Assembly: GCA_013239625.1 (NCBI GenBank)
Contig: MU057352.1
Location: 5,276,157-5,340,156 of the forward strand
Length of the DNA stretch: 64,000 nt
Source: Lama guanicoe
Lineage: Eukaryota
Direction: 5' to 3'
Every line of letters begins with the position of its first letter. Position 1 is the stretch's first letter. Of the stretch, positions 48,561 to 61,750 are shown piece by piece. A model generated the notes under the pieces. The model had not been told where the DNA came from. It was given only the letters and a program-made list of their open reading frames with translations, and did no database searches. The translations under genes were made by a program, and so were the position numbers.

Positions 48561-50599
48561 AGGGCACTGGCCTGGCTGAGAGACTCTTGTGTCTGCTCTA
48601 AAATTCTATGACTCCTTAGCCTGAAAATCCCTGACTGGGGGCCAGGGATCAGCGCTCCTGTCCGCTGCCAAGTTACTTGGATGTAAGATTCAAATGTCTG
48701 TCAAAGCCTGCGACATGACCAGGGGAAGAACAGTCGTGGGGGATGGGATGGGGAGAGGAGGGGGAGGGGAGAAGGGCAGGGGAGGGGAGGTACTTCTGTT
48801 CCCATCCTGCCCGACAAAAGGAGGCTCTAGGAATCTGGGGTTGGTGGGCTGTTTTGGTGTCTTGGAGAAGGCGGCAACAAGGAGGGACATGGCCAGCCAG
48901 CCACCCCTGCCCCCAAGGCCCCAGGATTGTGACGGTCCGAGTGAGCATTCTGGAAACCTCCCCAGGCCAGGCAGACGCTGAGCAGCTGCGGGACTTGGCC
49001 TGGGGCCCAACGTTGTCCTTCCTGGAGGTGGCCGCTTGCAGGAAGAGGTTACCGGAAAAGCTCCACAGCCGCCGCTGCAGGCTGACGTCAGTGCCTTGGG
49101 AAGACATTGGGTTTGGGGGATTTCTGCCCTCTAGGGTGTCTGAGAAAGGTTGCCTTCTCTCCCAAGTGCTCCTTAGAGAAGTGGGAACAGGTGATGGTGC
49201 CATAGGAGGGAGGGGGTCTGAACTGGGAGACATTGAAGAAGGACCAGGTCCCCACCTTGGGACCAGGGGCGCTGCTCCCCCAGGTTCCAGACAGCATGGC
49301 TCCCCTCTGACTCCCAGAAACCAGCCGCCTTGGCTTTCCTGACACAAGAAAGACCCTATTGTACGCTTGACTTTAATATATTTCCTTTCATTCTCTGAGG
49401 GAAAACAGCCAACCACAGACACCTGAGAGGTACTATGATCCCCATTTTACAAGACTCGGCGGTCAAGCATCCTGCCTCAGATCAACTGCTGCCCTGGAAT
49501 CTGAACCCACCTTAGCTTATAGCCAAGGTTCTCTCTAATTAGGAGGGAAGTGCAGAATCCCCAGTTTAAACTTCTGGTTCATTGGTGGGGAAAATAACAT
49601 ATGTATAGGTCAGGAGAACATCTCTGATGGAAGGAATGCTAATCTTGCTTTTTGTCTGTTTTAAGGGAAAAAAAAATCTAGAGCCCTGCTGTGCAAAGGC
49701 TTTTGGCTGCTTCTGACGAGGATCTAACAGTTTTTCCAGAAGCGTGCCCCATCCCCACCAGACAATGCAGACAGCCCCCCACGGCTTCTGGGCTGCCCCC
49801 CAGCTCTCCCCAAGTCTCTCTTTCTAGCCAGGGTGGGGCTCCTGGGGCGCATGGCCTTGGGCCCAGGGCCTGCCTTGCCTCGCCTCCTTTCTTGGCAGCT
49901 GCTAGGGATCTCTGCAGTTTTTGGCCTAGTAAAACTCTTTTTTGCCAGCCCAAGGGAGAGTTTTGACTGGCTTCAGCTGGGATGACCTCATCCTCCCTAG
50001 AATTTGGGGATGTTCCCACTTTCCATGGCTCCACCTTCACCCAAGGAGCTCCCTTCTGGCCACCTTTTCTCTCAAGGCCACCCCCTCCCCAACCTGCCGG
50101 AGCTTTGGGGTCCCCCAGCCTCACCTGGGAGTGCCTGCGGTGGATGCGGCAGCGTGTGCCAGAGATTCCTGCTCTCTTCCCACCCCAGCGCTCCTGGGCG
50201 GTCTTGGCTCTCCCCAGCTTTGCCCAAGCCCTTCCTGCCATGTCCTTCCCCCCTCCCCTCCCCTCAGTGGGCCTCTGCTTTATGTCCAAGATTCACAGGA
50301 AACGGCATTATTTCAAATAACCACGATCCCTCTTGTGTCAGCCCTTCTTTTACATGATCTCACTTAATCTCCATAATAATCCCGTGATACAAAGATTGTT
50401 ATCCCTGGTTGACAGATAAAGAAAGGTAACCTGCTCAGGATAAGCAACGCGTATGGATGGCGTCTGGATCCAGACCCAGGTGTGTCTGGCTCCAAAGCCA
50501 CCACATAGTGTTTGTTGCATTGAGAAATGCTGCTGGCTGCACCCATGTGTGTGATCCTGCCAGCCACACAGCTGGCTCTCCTGGAAGGATCCACAACAA

Positions 50600-51130
50600 A
50601 CCCCATCAGCTCCACCTTCCAAATCTCTCCAGAATCTGACCACTTGTGCCCCAGCCCCTCGCTGAGCCCCCACCGCCTCCCACCTGGATTTACTGAAACA
50701 GTCCAGGTGTTCTCCTGCTTCTGCCCTCTCTCCACACAGCAGCCTGAGTGGTCCTTTAAAACATTCCATCTGATCATGTCTCTCCTGTGCTCAGAGCCCT
50801 CTGGTGGCTCCCATCTCACTCAGAGTCAAAGCCAAACTCCCTCCATTGGCCCAAGAGGTCCTCCACACCCTCAAGCCCATCGTCTTCCCTCCCACTGTGA
50901 TCTCCGATTTTTACTTCTTAGTGTTCACTCACTCCGACCCAGTTACCCTGGCCTGCTTGCTAGTCCTTGAAAACACACAGTAAGCGCCTGCCTCAGGGCC
51001 TTTGCACTTACTGTTCCTGCTGTCTGAAAGTTTCCTCCTCTAATAGTTTCATGACTGAGTCCCTTCCTGCCTCAGGTTTTGCTCAAATGTCACCTTTTCA
51101 GGAGTCTTTCCCTATTCACTTTATCCCCTC
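50600..51130 (+). mobile_element. L2 fragment
   Basis: ctccacacagcagcc; ctgcctcagggcctttgcactt; gctcaaatgtcacct. Confidence 0.85.
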
Positions 51131-51139
51131 CATCTCACT

Positions 51140-51472
51140 CCAATGGGCCATACTCCAGAATGACTGCTGTCCTTATAAAAAAGAGAAAATTTGGAGACAC
51201 AAATGCACACTGGGAGAATGCTATGTAAAGATGAAGGGAGAGATTGGGGTGAGGTATTTACAAGCCAAAGAAGGTCAAAGGTTGCCTGCAACCACCAGAA
51301 GCTAGGAGAAAGGCAAGCATGGAATAGATTCTTCCTCCCAGGCCCCAGAACCAACCCTTCTGATGCTTTGATTTCAGACTTCTAGCCTGCAGAACCATGA
51401 GCAATACATTTCTGTTGTTTTAGGTACCCAGTTTGTGGCGCCTTGTTATGGCAGTCTTAGCAAACTAATACA
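51140..51472 (+). mobile_element. MLT1B/C LTR
   Basis: tgtccttataaaaaagag; caaccaccagaagctaggag; gatttcagacttctagcc; gcaaactaataca. Confidence 0.88.
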
Positions 51473-52275
51473 GCGGTAAGTTTCTTAAACTTACTGAGCC
51501 TCTGTTTTCTCCTCCGTAGACTGGGGATGATATTATTTACTTCACAGAGTTGTGACAAGTACATGAAATTAAATCATCTCTTTAGTAATTCCAGGGACAG
51601 AGTGTGTGCTTTCTCAGGTCAGTGGTGGTAGCTCTTAGAGGCTGCAGAGGCCCAGAGCAGAGATCTTTTCCATCCCAGATAGACTTTAATTCTGTGAGCT
51701 CCTGCAAATCAGTCCCCACCCATCACTTCCCATCACTTCTCATCACCATCCCAGATGAAGAGAACCAGCCCATAGTAGCAGTTCTGTGTTCTGAGGGCTG
51801 TCAGTTAAAGTTATGGCTGCTGGGTGGTCCGTGGGGGGAGGGAAGGATGGGGAGATCTGTCTTCAGAGCCTGTGGCAGTCTTCCTGGAGCCTACGTTAAC
51901 CCTGACTCTGATCCCCACCTTGTGGCTTTCCAAACACAGACATGCAGGAAGGAGAGGATGCTGGGATATTGAAAAACATTTTCAGCCAAAGAGACAGCGT
52001 CATTATCATCAGCAAGCAGATACCTAAATCCCACCCCTCATCCTCAACTAGCCCAGAACGGAGCTCCAAGGAGTGATTTTGAACATCCTGCCTTGCTTCA
52101 GAGAAAAGGAAGGTATAAGATTAAGCATCGTGTACTTCTAAAGTCAAAAATGAACAAAACTGTTGTCATTTAGATGTGTACTATTTACTATAGCTGGCCT
52201 ATGTTGTGTGTGCTTTTTAACATGTGATACATATACTTAAAAGTTCTTTGCAGTCCCTTATATAATCAATGTGAG

Positions 52276-52307
52276 ATATATATATATATATATATTTTTT
52301 TTTTTTT
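52276..52307. repeat. (TA)n followed by poly(T)
   Basis: Direct reading. Confidence 0.9.
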
Positions 52308-52974
52308 GTACAGCCTGGAAAATAGATTTCACTCTTTTGAATAACTGTGGAGAGTCACAGTTACTATGGCATTGGTCTTCTGGTATATGCTTGGCTGTAT
52401 CTATGATTCATGTGCTCAGGAACCTCCAATTATAACATTATTCCTTTTGGAATCTTTTCTGCTCCCTCTTGACACCCTGGAGTTCATCTCTTTTTCCTCT
52501 TTGCTGCTACAGCTTATGTTGTTAATTTTGCATTTTAACAAAAACCTCTACCACAATAAAAGCTTTTTATCTGGGGGGGGCCAGTTTAAAAGTGATAAAT
52601 GCTTTTCTTTTTAATTTTGGAATATAAAAAAGAAAATAAAATCTCCCCAAATCAAAACCTCTTAGAGTATTTCTTTCTTGTCTTTTTCCTGCATCAGAGC
52701 ATGAATGAGTAGCACATGTGTAGGAGAAACAGGTGGGACTAGCGTGCTGTGCTTGTGACAAACCTGGGACACGCCAACGCTTGTGGAGGGAAAGGACGAG
52801 GCAGCCTGCCAGGAGCTAATACTGCAGAGAGAGTGAGGAACCTTCTGGGGAGAGCAAATCCTGGGGGGGCGGGAAGGTCAGGCAGTGAGAGAGCCTTTGT
52901 TTTCGGAAGAGAGGATGCATGTGAATATAACCTGGCTCAGCTGGAGTTCAGAACCTGTGGAATCAGGTCTGAGC

Positions 52975-53018
52975 TGTGTGTGTGTGTGCGCGCGCGCGCG
53001 TGCACGCGCATGTGTATG
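52975..53018. repeat. Compound (TG)n(CG)6 alternating purine-pyrimidine tract
   Basis: 44 nt of uninterrupted pyrimidine-purine alternation. Confidence 0.92.
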
Positions 53019-54444
53019 AACAGGAGGTCCTAGCCAACCTCAGCAGACAATGCACAGCCGTTTGATAAAAGTGCTGTAAGACTGGGGCTCAGCCAGCCTG
53101 GGTTTACAGCGCCCTGGTGGAGGGTGGCGCTGACGGGGGAGAGGTGTGCTCTGCAATGTCACCCCAGGTCCAGGACCTGATTCACCATACCCTGGTACCC
53201 TGCAGGGGTCGGTCAACAGGGCACGGACCAGAGCAGGGAAGAGGAGGGAAACAACCGTGGAAAGCATGCGTTAAGGGCGACGCCTGGCCTTAGGCCCAAG
53301 CCCACGGGAAATACCCATGAGAAACTTCTAGCAACACCTAGGGAGACCTCGCAGAGGCAGGCGGGAGCAAGAACCTGTGAAACTCAGGAGCCTGTTACTG
53401 TGATGAGCTGTTTCACGACCCTAGCGAGACAGTGAGACCCCTGAGAGCAGGGCCCTGTCACATTTGAGTTTAGCCCCCGCCACGCAGCTCCCAGCCTGTT
53501 CGATAATGCAATTTAATGACACGGTTTCCAGAATCCTATTGCGATTTTTAAAAAAAGGGGTGGAGGGACTGTCTGGACAGAAAAATGAAGTTGGAGATGA
53601 TAACAAATTTAGCCTCAAGCAATGTTGACACTCCCTTCCCCGGAATTCCATGGGTCTCTGCAAGTCATAATGTCTGGAAACATCAGGAGTAGAAAGATGC
53701 CAGCATTCTCCATCAACACCCTTGAACTCTGACACTTTTCTTCATAATTTAAATGGAATCATGGAGAGAAGAAGACAGCTCAGAACCACCCGTGTCATTC
53801 CTCAGATGGACAGGAGCCGGGGGGCCCGGCCTTTGTTTTACTGGTGACTTAGAGGATATTAACTGAGTGCCAACCATGTGTCCGGCACTGTGCTGGGTCT
53901 CCTCTGCTTCTCCTAGAGAAAACAACATCCTAGTCCTTGCCCCCAGGGAGCTGATCACTAGTTAGAGAGACTAACTGGCTAAACACCACTGCGCAACAGA
54001 GCTGTTCAGCGCTGCGTATAATCAGGAAGCTACAGGTCCAGATAATGTGGTGGGGGGATCTGGGGAAGCAGAGGTGGGGGGGTGATCAGAGGAAGGAGAG
54101 GGCTTGGAACAAGTGGGCTCAGAGGACAGTGTCATCTTGGAGTCAAGACGGAAGACGTCCAGGTCCACAAGCTGGGTGCCATCCAGCCCCACTCCTTTCC
54201 AGCCATGTAACCTTAGGCTGGATGGTTCACCTCTCTAAGCCTTGGCTTCTATAAAATAGCTCTGACCTCACAGGGTTGTTGAGGAGGAAGCAAAGCCAAT
54301 ACGCATGAGGCCCCCAGCCTAGTGCCCCGCGCGTAACAAGCACTCAGCACAGCCGATGTCAGCCTTTGTCTTTGTTATCAGGAGGGGCTGGTAGGGTTGA
54401 GAAGCGGAGAGGCTGGCGAGGCTGGAGAACTTTTGGAGTAGTTC

Positions 54445-55060
54445 AGTTCAAATGAACACCTGCTATGTACAGGCACTGTGCTTGGCTCCACGTGGTACAG
54501 AGGGGCCCTGCCCTCAAAAAAGCTGCAGGGCGAGTGTGGATATAGTCAATAAATATGTGGTTACAACCCAGCAGGAAATGTGTGAGGTGCTCTGGGCTCA
54601 CAGATGAGGTCACCAGGCCAAGGCTGCAGGTAGCCCGAGACCACTTCCCGGAAAGCACATCTCTGCTGAGATCTGGGTGTGAGCAGGAATCAGCCAACGG
54701 TTAAAGGGTGTGGAGGGGAGAGGAAAGAGAGTGTCTCAGGCAGAAGAACCTGTCACCATCTGGACAGCCCAGTCCATTCAAGCCACTACAAGTCAATTCC
54801 ATGCGTCTGGACTCAATGAGATGAGGACGCAGCAGAAACTGGTCAGAGCGCCTCTGAGGGCATGGGGATCCCCAAAAAGAAGTGCTGTAAAGTCACCTGT
54901 GCTTTCAAAGGTCACCCCAATGCTTGATGGGGGGGGCAAGGCCAGAGGAGACAGACCATGACATTTTGTGATTGTCCTGGTGAGAGACAGGGGCAGCCTC
55001 AACTGGGGTGGTTGGAATGGTGACAATGAGATAGATTCCAGAATTACTCAGGAGCAAAAG
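54445..55060 (-). mobile_element. L2 fragment
   Basis: tgaacacctgctatgtacaggcactgtgct; tttcaaaggtcacccc. Confidence 0.65.
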
Positions 55061-56286
55061 TGACAGGAGCCAGTCCTTGTCCTCAGGGATCTCACATGCA
55101 CACCGCGTTCACATTAGATGTGAGAAGATGCACAGGGACCCTGTGAGACCGGTAGCAATGGAGCAATGGCTGCTGGGGGCACACAGAGGAGGAGGGCACA
55201 GCAGTCTGGCAGGGGGGCCAGGACACCGATAACTCCTGCTGGGGTGTTAGTGGTGGCCCCGGAGCTGTTGGGCAGGGCATGGATTTACACAGTCCTCGGG
55301 ATCCCAGCAGGATCATATTTGATGATATAGGTTGCATGGATCTCCTTTGGGCCCAAGAGGAAAGGGAGCAGCGGAAGTGGAGTGTGGGAGAAAGCAGCCA
55401 CCCACAGGGATGATTGCCGCGGGAGGGAGCAGGAGCCCAGAAAGGCAGATGTGCTGGTCTGGGCCCAGGGGAGAAAGAAGAGGAGGTGTGAGTAGGAGAA
55501 ACACTGCAGGAAGTGACTTGGCTGATGGAGGGAGGCAATCCTTCGCAGCTCAGGGAACCAGATTGCAGCAGTGACCCTGTAAGACTGGGTAGCTGGAACC
55601 AGTATGATTTGGCACCCAGTGCAATGAGGTCATTATAGCGGTTCTGCTTTATTGAATGGCTGCTGTAGCCAGGCCCGAAGCCAGGCGACAGGCAGACGTC
55701 ATGATGCTATTTCATCCTCACCATCACCACCTTTCATGTTGGCTGCTCCCCCGGCCCCATTTTACAGATGAGGACACTGTGGTTCAAAGAGGCTAAGAAA
55801 CTAACTCAGGTGCACAAGTGATGTAGGGCCGTTAAGTCAACACACCTGGTGAGCCAATGGTGTGAGTTAGCGTCATCTATGAAACGTGAACGTGTTCGGA
55901 GAACATGGGAAAGGGCCTGGGACAGAGTGAGCATTTTCCAAGTGTTTCCTGTTACTATCACGTGCCAGACACAGCATCAGGCCCTGTAGAGACCATGGTT
56001 AACAAAACATGAGATTCCTGACCCCCGGGCCTTAGCGTCCAGTGAGGGAGACTGACGTGAAACAAAGAAGACGCAAGTAAACTTAGAACACAAATCACAG
56101 GAAGGGAAATGGACTCCAAGTTACCAAGCCTCCGTCTGAGCCCAAGGCCCAGACCCCTGGACCACAAAGGATCAAGGCATTGGTGGTCGGGGCCTGGGCT
56201 CTCCAGCTAGCTCTGAGGCAGTACGAGTCATGGGGGCCCATCCAGGCCATGGTATCCTTACCAGAAGAAGCAGAGTCAGGCTACAG

Positions 56287-56500
56287 CAGCAGCTTTCAAA
56301 CTATGTTTACCTGAGGACCTTATTCAAACATGATCTTAAGCAAATGCCAAATCCAAGATGCCAACAAATACAAATTCTGCTGCTCTGACTGAGGACGGAA
56401 CTGCCCCACTCGATCCCCTTCCCTTCCCGCTCCTCGGCAGTACCGGGGTAGCCTCACCGATTCCCAGGGCTCCGTGGAGCCCAGCTGGAAAACCACGGGC
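56287..56500. mobile_element. MER103-like hAT-Charlie MITE
   Basis: cagcagctttcaaact...cagggctccgtggagcccagctggaaaaccac. Confidence 0.6.
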
Positions 56501-56807
56501 TCGTAGTCACAGATGGCATTAAATGGGCACTTACTAAGGAAGAGCTCCACTCATCACTATCTCACTTAAATTTCTCAACAAACCAATGAAGTCATCATTT
56601 TACCAGCGAGGAATCTGAGGCTTGGAGGGGATAATAATGTAAATCAATCAATCAGTAGCTGCTTGTTGCTCATGGTCTGGCCCCTGCCCGGTTGTCCAGC
56701 CTCATTGCCCACCCAGCCCACATCTGCCTACATACACTCTCTCTTTAGATCATAGGTACCCATTTCTCATCCCTGGCCTGGCATATACTTTTCCATTCTT
56801 CTCCTAG

Positions 56808-57243
56808 TGTGTTGGTTCCCTGTTGCTTCTGTAACAAATTACCCCAAATTGGTGGCCTAAAGCAACACAAATTTACTATCTTACAGTTCTAGGGTCAGAA
56901 GTCCAAAACAGGTTGTCAGGTCTTCCTTCCTTTTAGAGGGTCTAGAATAGGATCAATTTCCTTGCCTTTTCTAGCATCTAGATGCTTCCTTGGCTCATGG
57001 CCCCCTTCTAGCAACGCCATCATTCCGACTTCTGCTTTTATTGTCACATCTTTTCTGACCCTCTGCCTCCTTCTTATAAGGACCCCTGTGGTTACACTGG
57101 GCCCACCCAGATAATCCAGAAGAATCTCCCATCTCAAGGTCCCTAACTGAATCACATCTTTCTTGCCATGTAAGGTAACATATTCACAGATTCTGGGGAT
57201 CAGAACGTGAACATCTTTGGGGCCACTATTCAGCCTGTCACAC
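56808..57243 (-). mobile_element. MLT1C-like LTR
   Basis: tgtaacaaattaccccaaattggtggcctaaagcaacacaaattt; tataaggacccctgtggttacactgggccca. Confidence 0.9.
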
Positions 57244-58789
57244 CTCACAACCCCTCTCAGCCTTCAGATCTGAGCTTAAAGGTCATGTCTTCATAGAAGC
57301 CGTGCCTGACCTCCCTGATAAGATGGTCACGTGCTGGGTTCTCACAGCATCCTATTGTTGGTCACAGTCATAACTTAGCATTTGTTTGGATATTATTTGA
57401 TTAATGCCATGACTCTAAACTTCAAGAGTGTGGGGAGTCATTTTGTGTTTCCATTTGTATTTTCAGTCTGGCACACACTAGGGGCTCAATTAACATTTGT
57501 TAAATAAATTGATGAACAAATAAATGAATTTGCCTGAGGTTACAGTGCAAGCAGCACAGGCAGGACTTGAACTTGGGCAGTGGGTTTACAGAGTCCTGTA
57601 CTCAGCCTTCCGCTAGCTTGCCTCTCACGGCCCTGCGGTAGCCCAGGTGCAGGGGGTATAGTTAAGTATTCCCAGCAACATCCCAGCAGGCATGTGGTTG
57701 CCTGGCCAGCCCACACTTGAATCCCTCCGGGACCCACCAGTCTGACATCCTGTGATTTAGGACATGTTTTGATGGCAGGGGGCAAGTTCTGTAAACCTTG
57801 GCCATGTGGGGGTGGGGACCGTGGGTGGCCAAGGCTGGAGAGGTAGCAGTGGTGGGAGGTGGTGTGTGGCCCCGAGAGGATGAGCCCTCCAGGGGATGCA
57901 GTGGGCACATGCTGCAGGAAGAGCCTAGGGCAGTGCCTCGGTCACGCCCACGATGAGAAGCCTGGAGGAGGCGACGTCAGCCAGCGAGGAAACGAGCTGT
58001 CAGAAATCCGGAGGAGACGTGAGAAAGTGCAGTGTCATGGAAACCAGGGGAGTGAGCACGTCCATTGGTTCTGGAAGAGGCGGCTGTGGAAGCATCAGGT
58101 GCCGCCGCAGGGAGGGAGCAGGAGTGGGAGGCCCAGGGCCACCTGTCCTCCAGCTCAGATGCCCTTCAGCAGGGTGATTTCAGCAAACTGCATGGGGGCT
58201 GGAGCGCAAGGCGGAGGATGAGTGGGTGCTTCAAGGATTCAGGAGGAAACGGTGGAGACCACACATTTCCGGATCTGGCAGGGAGAGCGGAGGGTGGTTG
58301 CTAGGAGCGGCGGTGTGGACAAGGGGAGCCCGCGCCCGTGGGTTTGCAGGCACCTGAGAAGAGCCTGGGAGGCAGTCTGGAGAAGCCAGGAGGAGGGCAT
58401 GTTGTGGGCGTGCACCTGGCTGGACAGGGAGAGTCCGAGGATGAGTCAGCTCCCACATAGCTCCTGGCTCCAGGCCTTCTTACACTGGGCATGTCCGTAG
58501 GGCCTGGGAGCTAAACTTTCTCCCCTCCACGTTCACGCCAGATTGCTCTGGAGGGGACCCTGAAGACCAGGGGCTCAGGCCACTGAATGCAGACCCATAG
58601 CACAGCTCTTGTCCAGGGGCCAAGTGCTCCCTGGGCTCTGGGAGACCTCAGAGGACCTCCTGCTCTGGGTGGGGAGTCCAGTGTGAAGCCACCGGGAGAA
58701 GGGACTGGATAGAGGAGTGTAGTGCCCCTCCTACAGAAGGGTCTAGAACTGCCTTCCTAATTCCAAGGGGTCTGACAACCATCTTTTGA

Positions 58790-59555
58790 AGATGTGAGTC
58801 CAGTTTTATGCTTTGGACACTGTTGGCAGGCTGGTAAGGCCTATGGACCTTTTCTCAGAATAAATGCATAAAATAAAATACCAGTGAAAACAGTTATCAA
58901 AATGTATATTTACAACCAAACCTCTAATATCATAATATATGTGCTTCTTTCTCAAATGTGTTAAAGAACAAGATCTAGAACTAAGCCAGGATTTTAGAGT
59001 AGTGATGAGCATCGATGACATTTGGAGATATCTGTGAATCTCTAGTGTGGTATGAAAATGTCTGTGATTTCTTCACTACTGTGGTCTCTGCCTACAGTTA
59101 TAATGGAAGGAAGTGCTCAGTGTTAGGTGGGGGTTAGTGAAAATAAAGATGTGATTTTTACCCTTTCAAGTCCTTGGATCCCCTGAATTATATCCAGGAT
59201 GTTTAAAATGTTAAAAGCTTCTGTTCTGTAGCAAGAGTCAAAAGCCTCAGTGCCTACGGGGTGCAGGCAGGTGGCATCGCGGAGGTGAGCAGCAGGGCAT
59301 GGCCGCAGGCCTGGTGCCCCAGAGAGCACACACCTCTTCCAAGGGTCGCAGCACTGCCCGGCTCCTGGAGCAGCAAGCCTCATATTGCCCAATCTTCATG
59401 CTTTTAAGAGATGCCAGAAACACAATTCTTATGTGAATTCTCCTAATTTTAAATGTTAGCCCAAAACTCGTATTTTAAAGGATACTTTGGTGCCAATCGC
59501 AACACAATCGCTGGTCAGATGCAGCCTGGAGACAATGGATTTGGGATCCCTGTCA
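58790..59555. mobile_element. Adjacent hAT-Charlie fragments
   Basis: gcctatggaccttttctcagaataa; tatgtgaattctcctaattttaaatgttag. Confidence 0.55.
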
Positions 59556-60229
59556 GGTAGGGTCCTTGGTGGGGTCTGGACATCACCAGGTCTCTAGTCT
59601 TCTATGAGAGGCCTATCAGATCATACACAACTCACAACTCCAGTCTAAAAATGTACTAGGCAATCGCCCCAGTCCACAGCAGAGTACCACATCACACCCA
59701 GCACCTGTCGACTCTGCCACCTCATGGGCTCTGCTTCCACCCCACCTGGCGGCTGACAGGGTCAGGGCTGTCTCTCCACGTGCATTACTCCGGGAAGGGA
59801 GTTGGACCTGGAGTGAGCCCTGAGTTTCAGTCTTAGCAATGCTACTTATCAGCCCAGTGACTCTGAGAAGTCATGAATCTCCCTCAACCCCTCCAAGGTC
59901 TCATCTACAAAATGGTTTAATGGGTTAATGGCACGTTGTAAGTTGCAGGATGCCTGCTGGTTATTCCCCTCCCCACAGGTTTCTTTTTGTCCTCTGCTCT
60001 GGTCATCTGGGTCCCTGTGGGGTGAGGGTGTAAGACATGAGGGAAACCCAAAACATCGCATCCTGGACAATATCTGTAAAATGCAGGAGCGTGTGCAAGG
60101 CAACCGTGACTTATTCAAACAATGATCGCCTTGGAAGGGTCCAGGGATCGGACAGTGACTGTAGTCATTTTCTGGCAGCACTGAAATCGGCATCTTGCAG
60201 ATTTAGGAGGGGAAGGCAGAGATACTGCA

Positions 60230-60680
60230 GGCCTTGGGGATGGCTGCTTTCATTTTGCACGCACCGCGTTAGAGCCGGCCCCTGAGGGGTTTCCTCTCAT
60301 TTTCGCATGGTGCAAACCGTGCCCAGCAGCAGGTTCTCAGGGGTGGGTTGTTATGGGAGCTGGGAAATGAGGCTGGATAAGATTCCTGCCACCACACTGT
60401 CACATCAGAGCTTTAAAAAAAAAAGAAAAAGAACTCCCTGTGGCTCTGTGGGAGTTTTGCCTGCGTTTTCCGGGTAATTGCCTCGCCTCCGCCCTCTGTA
60501 AGCTGGGCTGCAGCAGGCGCTGCCGGCTGGGGGTGGTGGCCAACGTCTGCCTCCTTCCCTGCGATCAGCCAGGCGGGGCAGGGCGGGCGGGCTGCCTGGG
60601 ACATGGGTGCGGGAGCCCCAGCCTCCCCCAGCCGGCCGGGCCAGGCGGGAGGAGAATGAATTAGGGTTGTGGGGAAGTGG
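60230..60680. promoter_or_regulatory. GC/CpG-enriched candidate cis-regulatory element
   Basis: Local CpG retention and GC boxes (ggcggggcagggcgggcggg ~60572-60591; ctccgccc ~60487). Confidence 0.4.
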
Positions 60681-60946
60681 GAGCCACAGGGGAACAATTT
60701 ATCCAGGGTGCACAGAAGAAAGCCAAGATCCATTGTCGGCAAATGAATCTTCCAAGAGGCAGATCCAATAGAGGCTGAGGGCTCATGTTCAGAAGCCCGA
60801 CTCCTGGGTCAGAGTCCCAGTTGTGCCCTTGCACAGCTGTGAAAATCTAGCAGATATTTAGAGCTCTCCGTACTCTGAGTCTCTACCTGCCTTGTGTTTT
60901 ACTGTGAAGATTAATAAATTACTACAGAGAAAGCCTTCAGAGCAGC

Positions 60947-61750
60947 TTAAAGAAAAAACAATGTTTCCTCTACATGTAATAGGTTTCTTCTGTCACCAAA
61001 TGTGTGGGGATTTTCCAGCTGTCTGGCAAATTTCCAACTGTCCGGACACCAACTGGGTATTCTGCAATTCTGTCCTGACACTAACTGCCTGGAGTTAGTG
61101 CAGACCCCACAGGCTGAGGCCTCCGTCCCACAAGATTGGCCCCCACTTCAGATGCCAGTCACGAGTCCCAAGTTGTCACCTGTACTTCTGACCACCTGCC
61201 CATAAACTGGGGGCTCCTACAACCCCCTCCTCGGGTTCGATCATTGGCTGTACTGGCTCACAGAACTCAGAGAAACACTTACTGACATTTCTCAGTTTAT
61301 TATGCAACAAAGGATACAGATACACAGTCATATGAAGAGGTGTGGGCCCAGCACAGGACAAGGTGGAAAAGAGGGGTGCCACCCTCCCAGCACCTCCCTC
61401 TGTTCACCAACCCAGAAGTTCTCCAAACCCCACACTTTAGGGATTTTATGGAGACTTCATCACACAGACATGATCAGTCAACTCCGTCTCCAGCCCGAGC
61501 CCTATCTCCAGAGAACGGGCAGTGGAGCTGAAATGTCCAAGCTTCCATTCATGCTTGATCTTTCTGGTAACCCACCAAGAGTCACACACTAGAATAAAAA
61601 GCACTCTTATCACCCAGGAAATTCCAGGGGATTTAGGAGCTCTGTGTGGGAGATGCCTATCACCCCATCACTCAGAAAATTATGAGGGTTTCAGGAGTTC
61701 TGGGCCAGGAACTGGGGACAAAGACCACACAGATTTGTTGTTATGCCACA
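60947..61750 (-). mobile_element. MER21-family ERVL solo LTR (second copy)
   Basis: caccaactgggt...ctgacactaactgcctggagttagtgcagaccccacagg...aggaactggggacaaagacca. Confidence 0.85.

Noticed and set aside
48673-49422. Long overlapping ORFs (249 aa minus, 199 aa plus)
   Set aside because: GC-rich, low-stop sequence open on both strands, P/G/S-rich, with no recognisable domain or convincing splice structure.
53104-53132. CTCF-like motif / short inverted repeat cagcgcc...ggcgctg
   Set aside because: Core spacing deviates from CCASYAGRKGGC; not supportable without ChIP data.
54645-54653. Perfect STAT GAS site TTCCCGGAA
   Set aside because: An isolated 9-mer inside an L2 remnant with no supporting context.
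8180-61750. Two same-orientation MER21 LTRs as the ends of one provirus
   Set aside because: They are ~52 kb apart, clearly diverged from each other, and have no gag/pol relics between them. They are independent solo LTRs.
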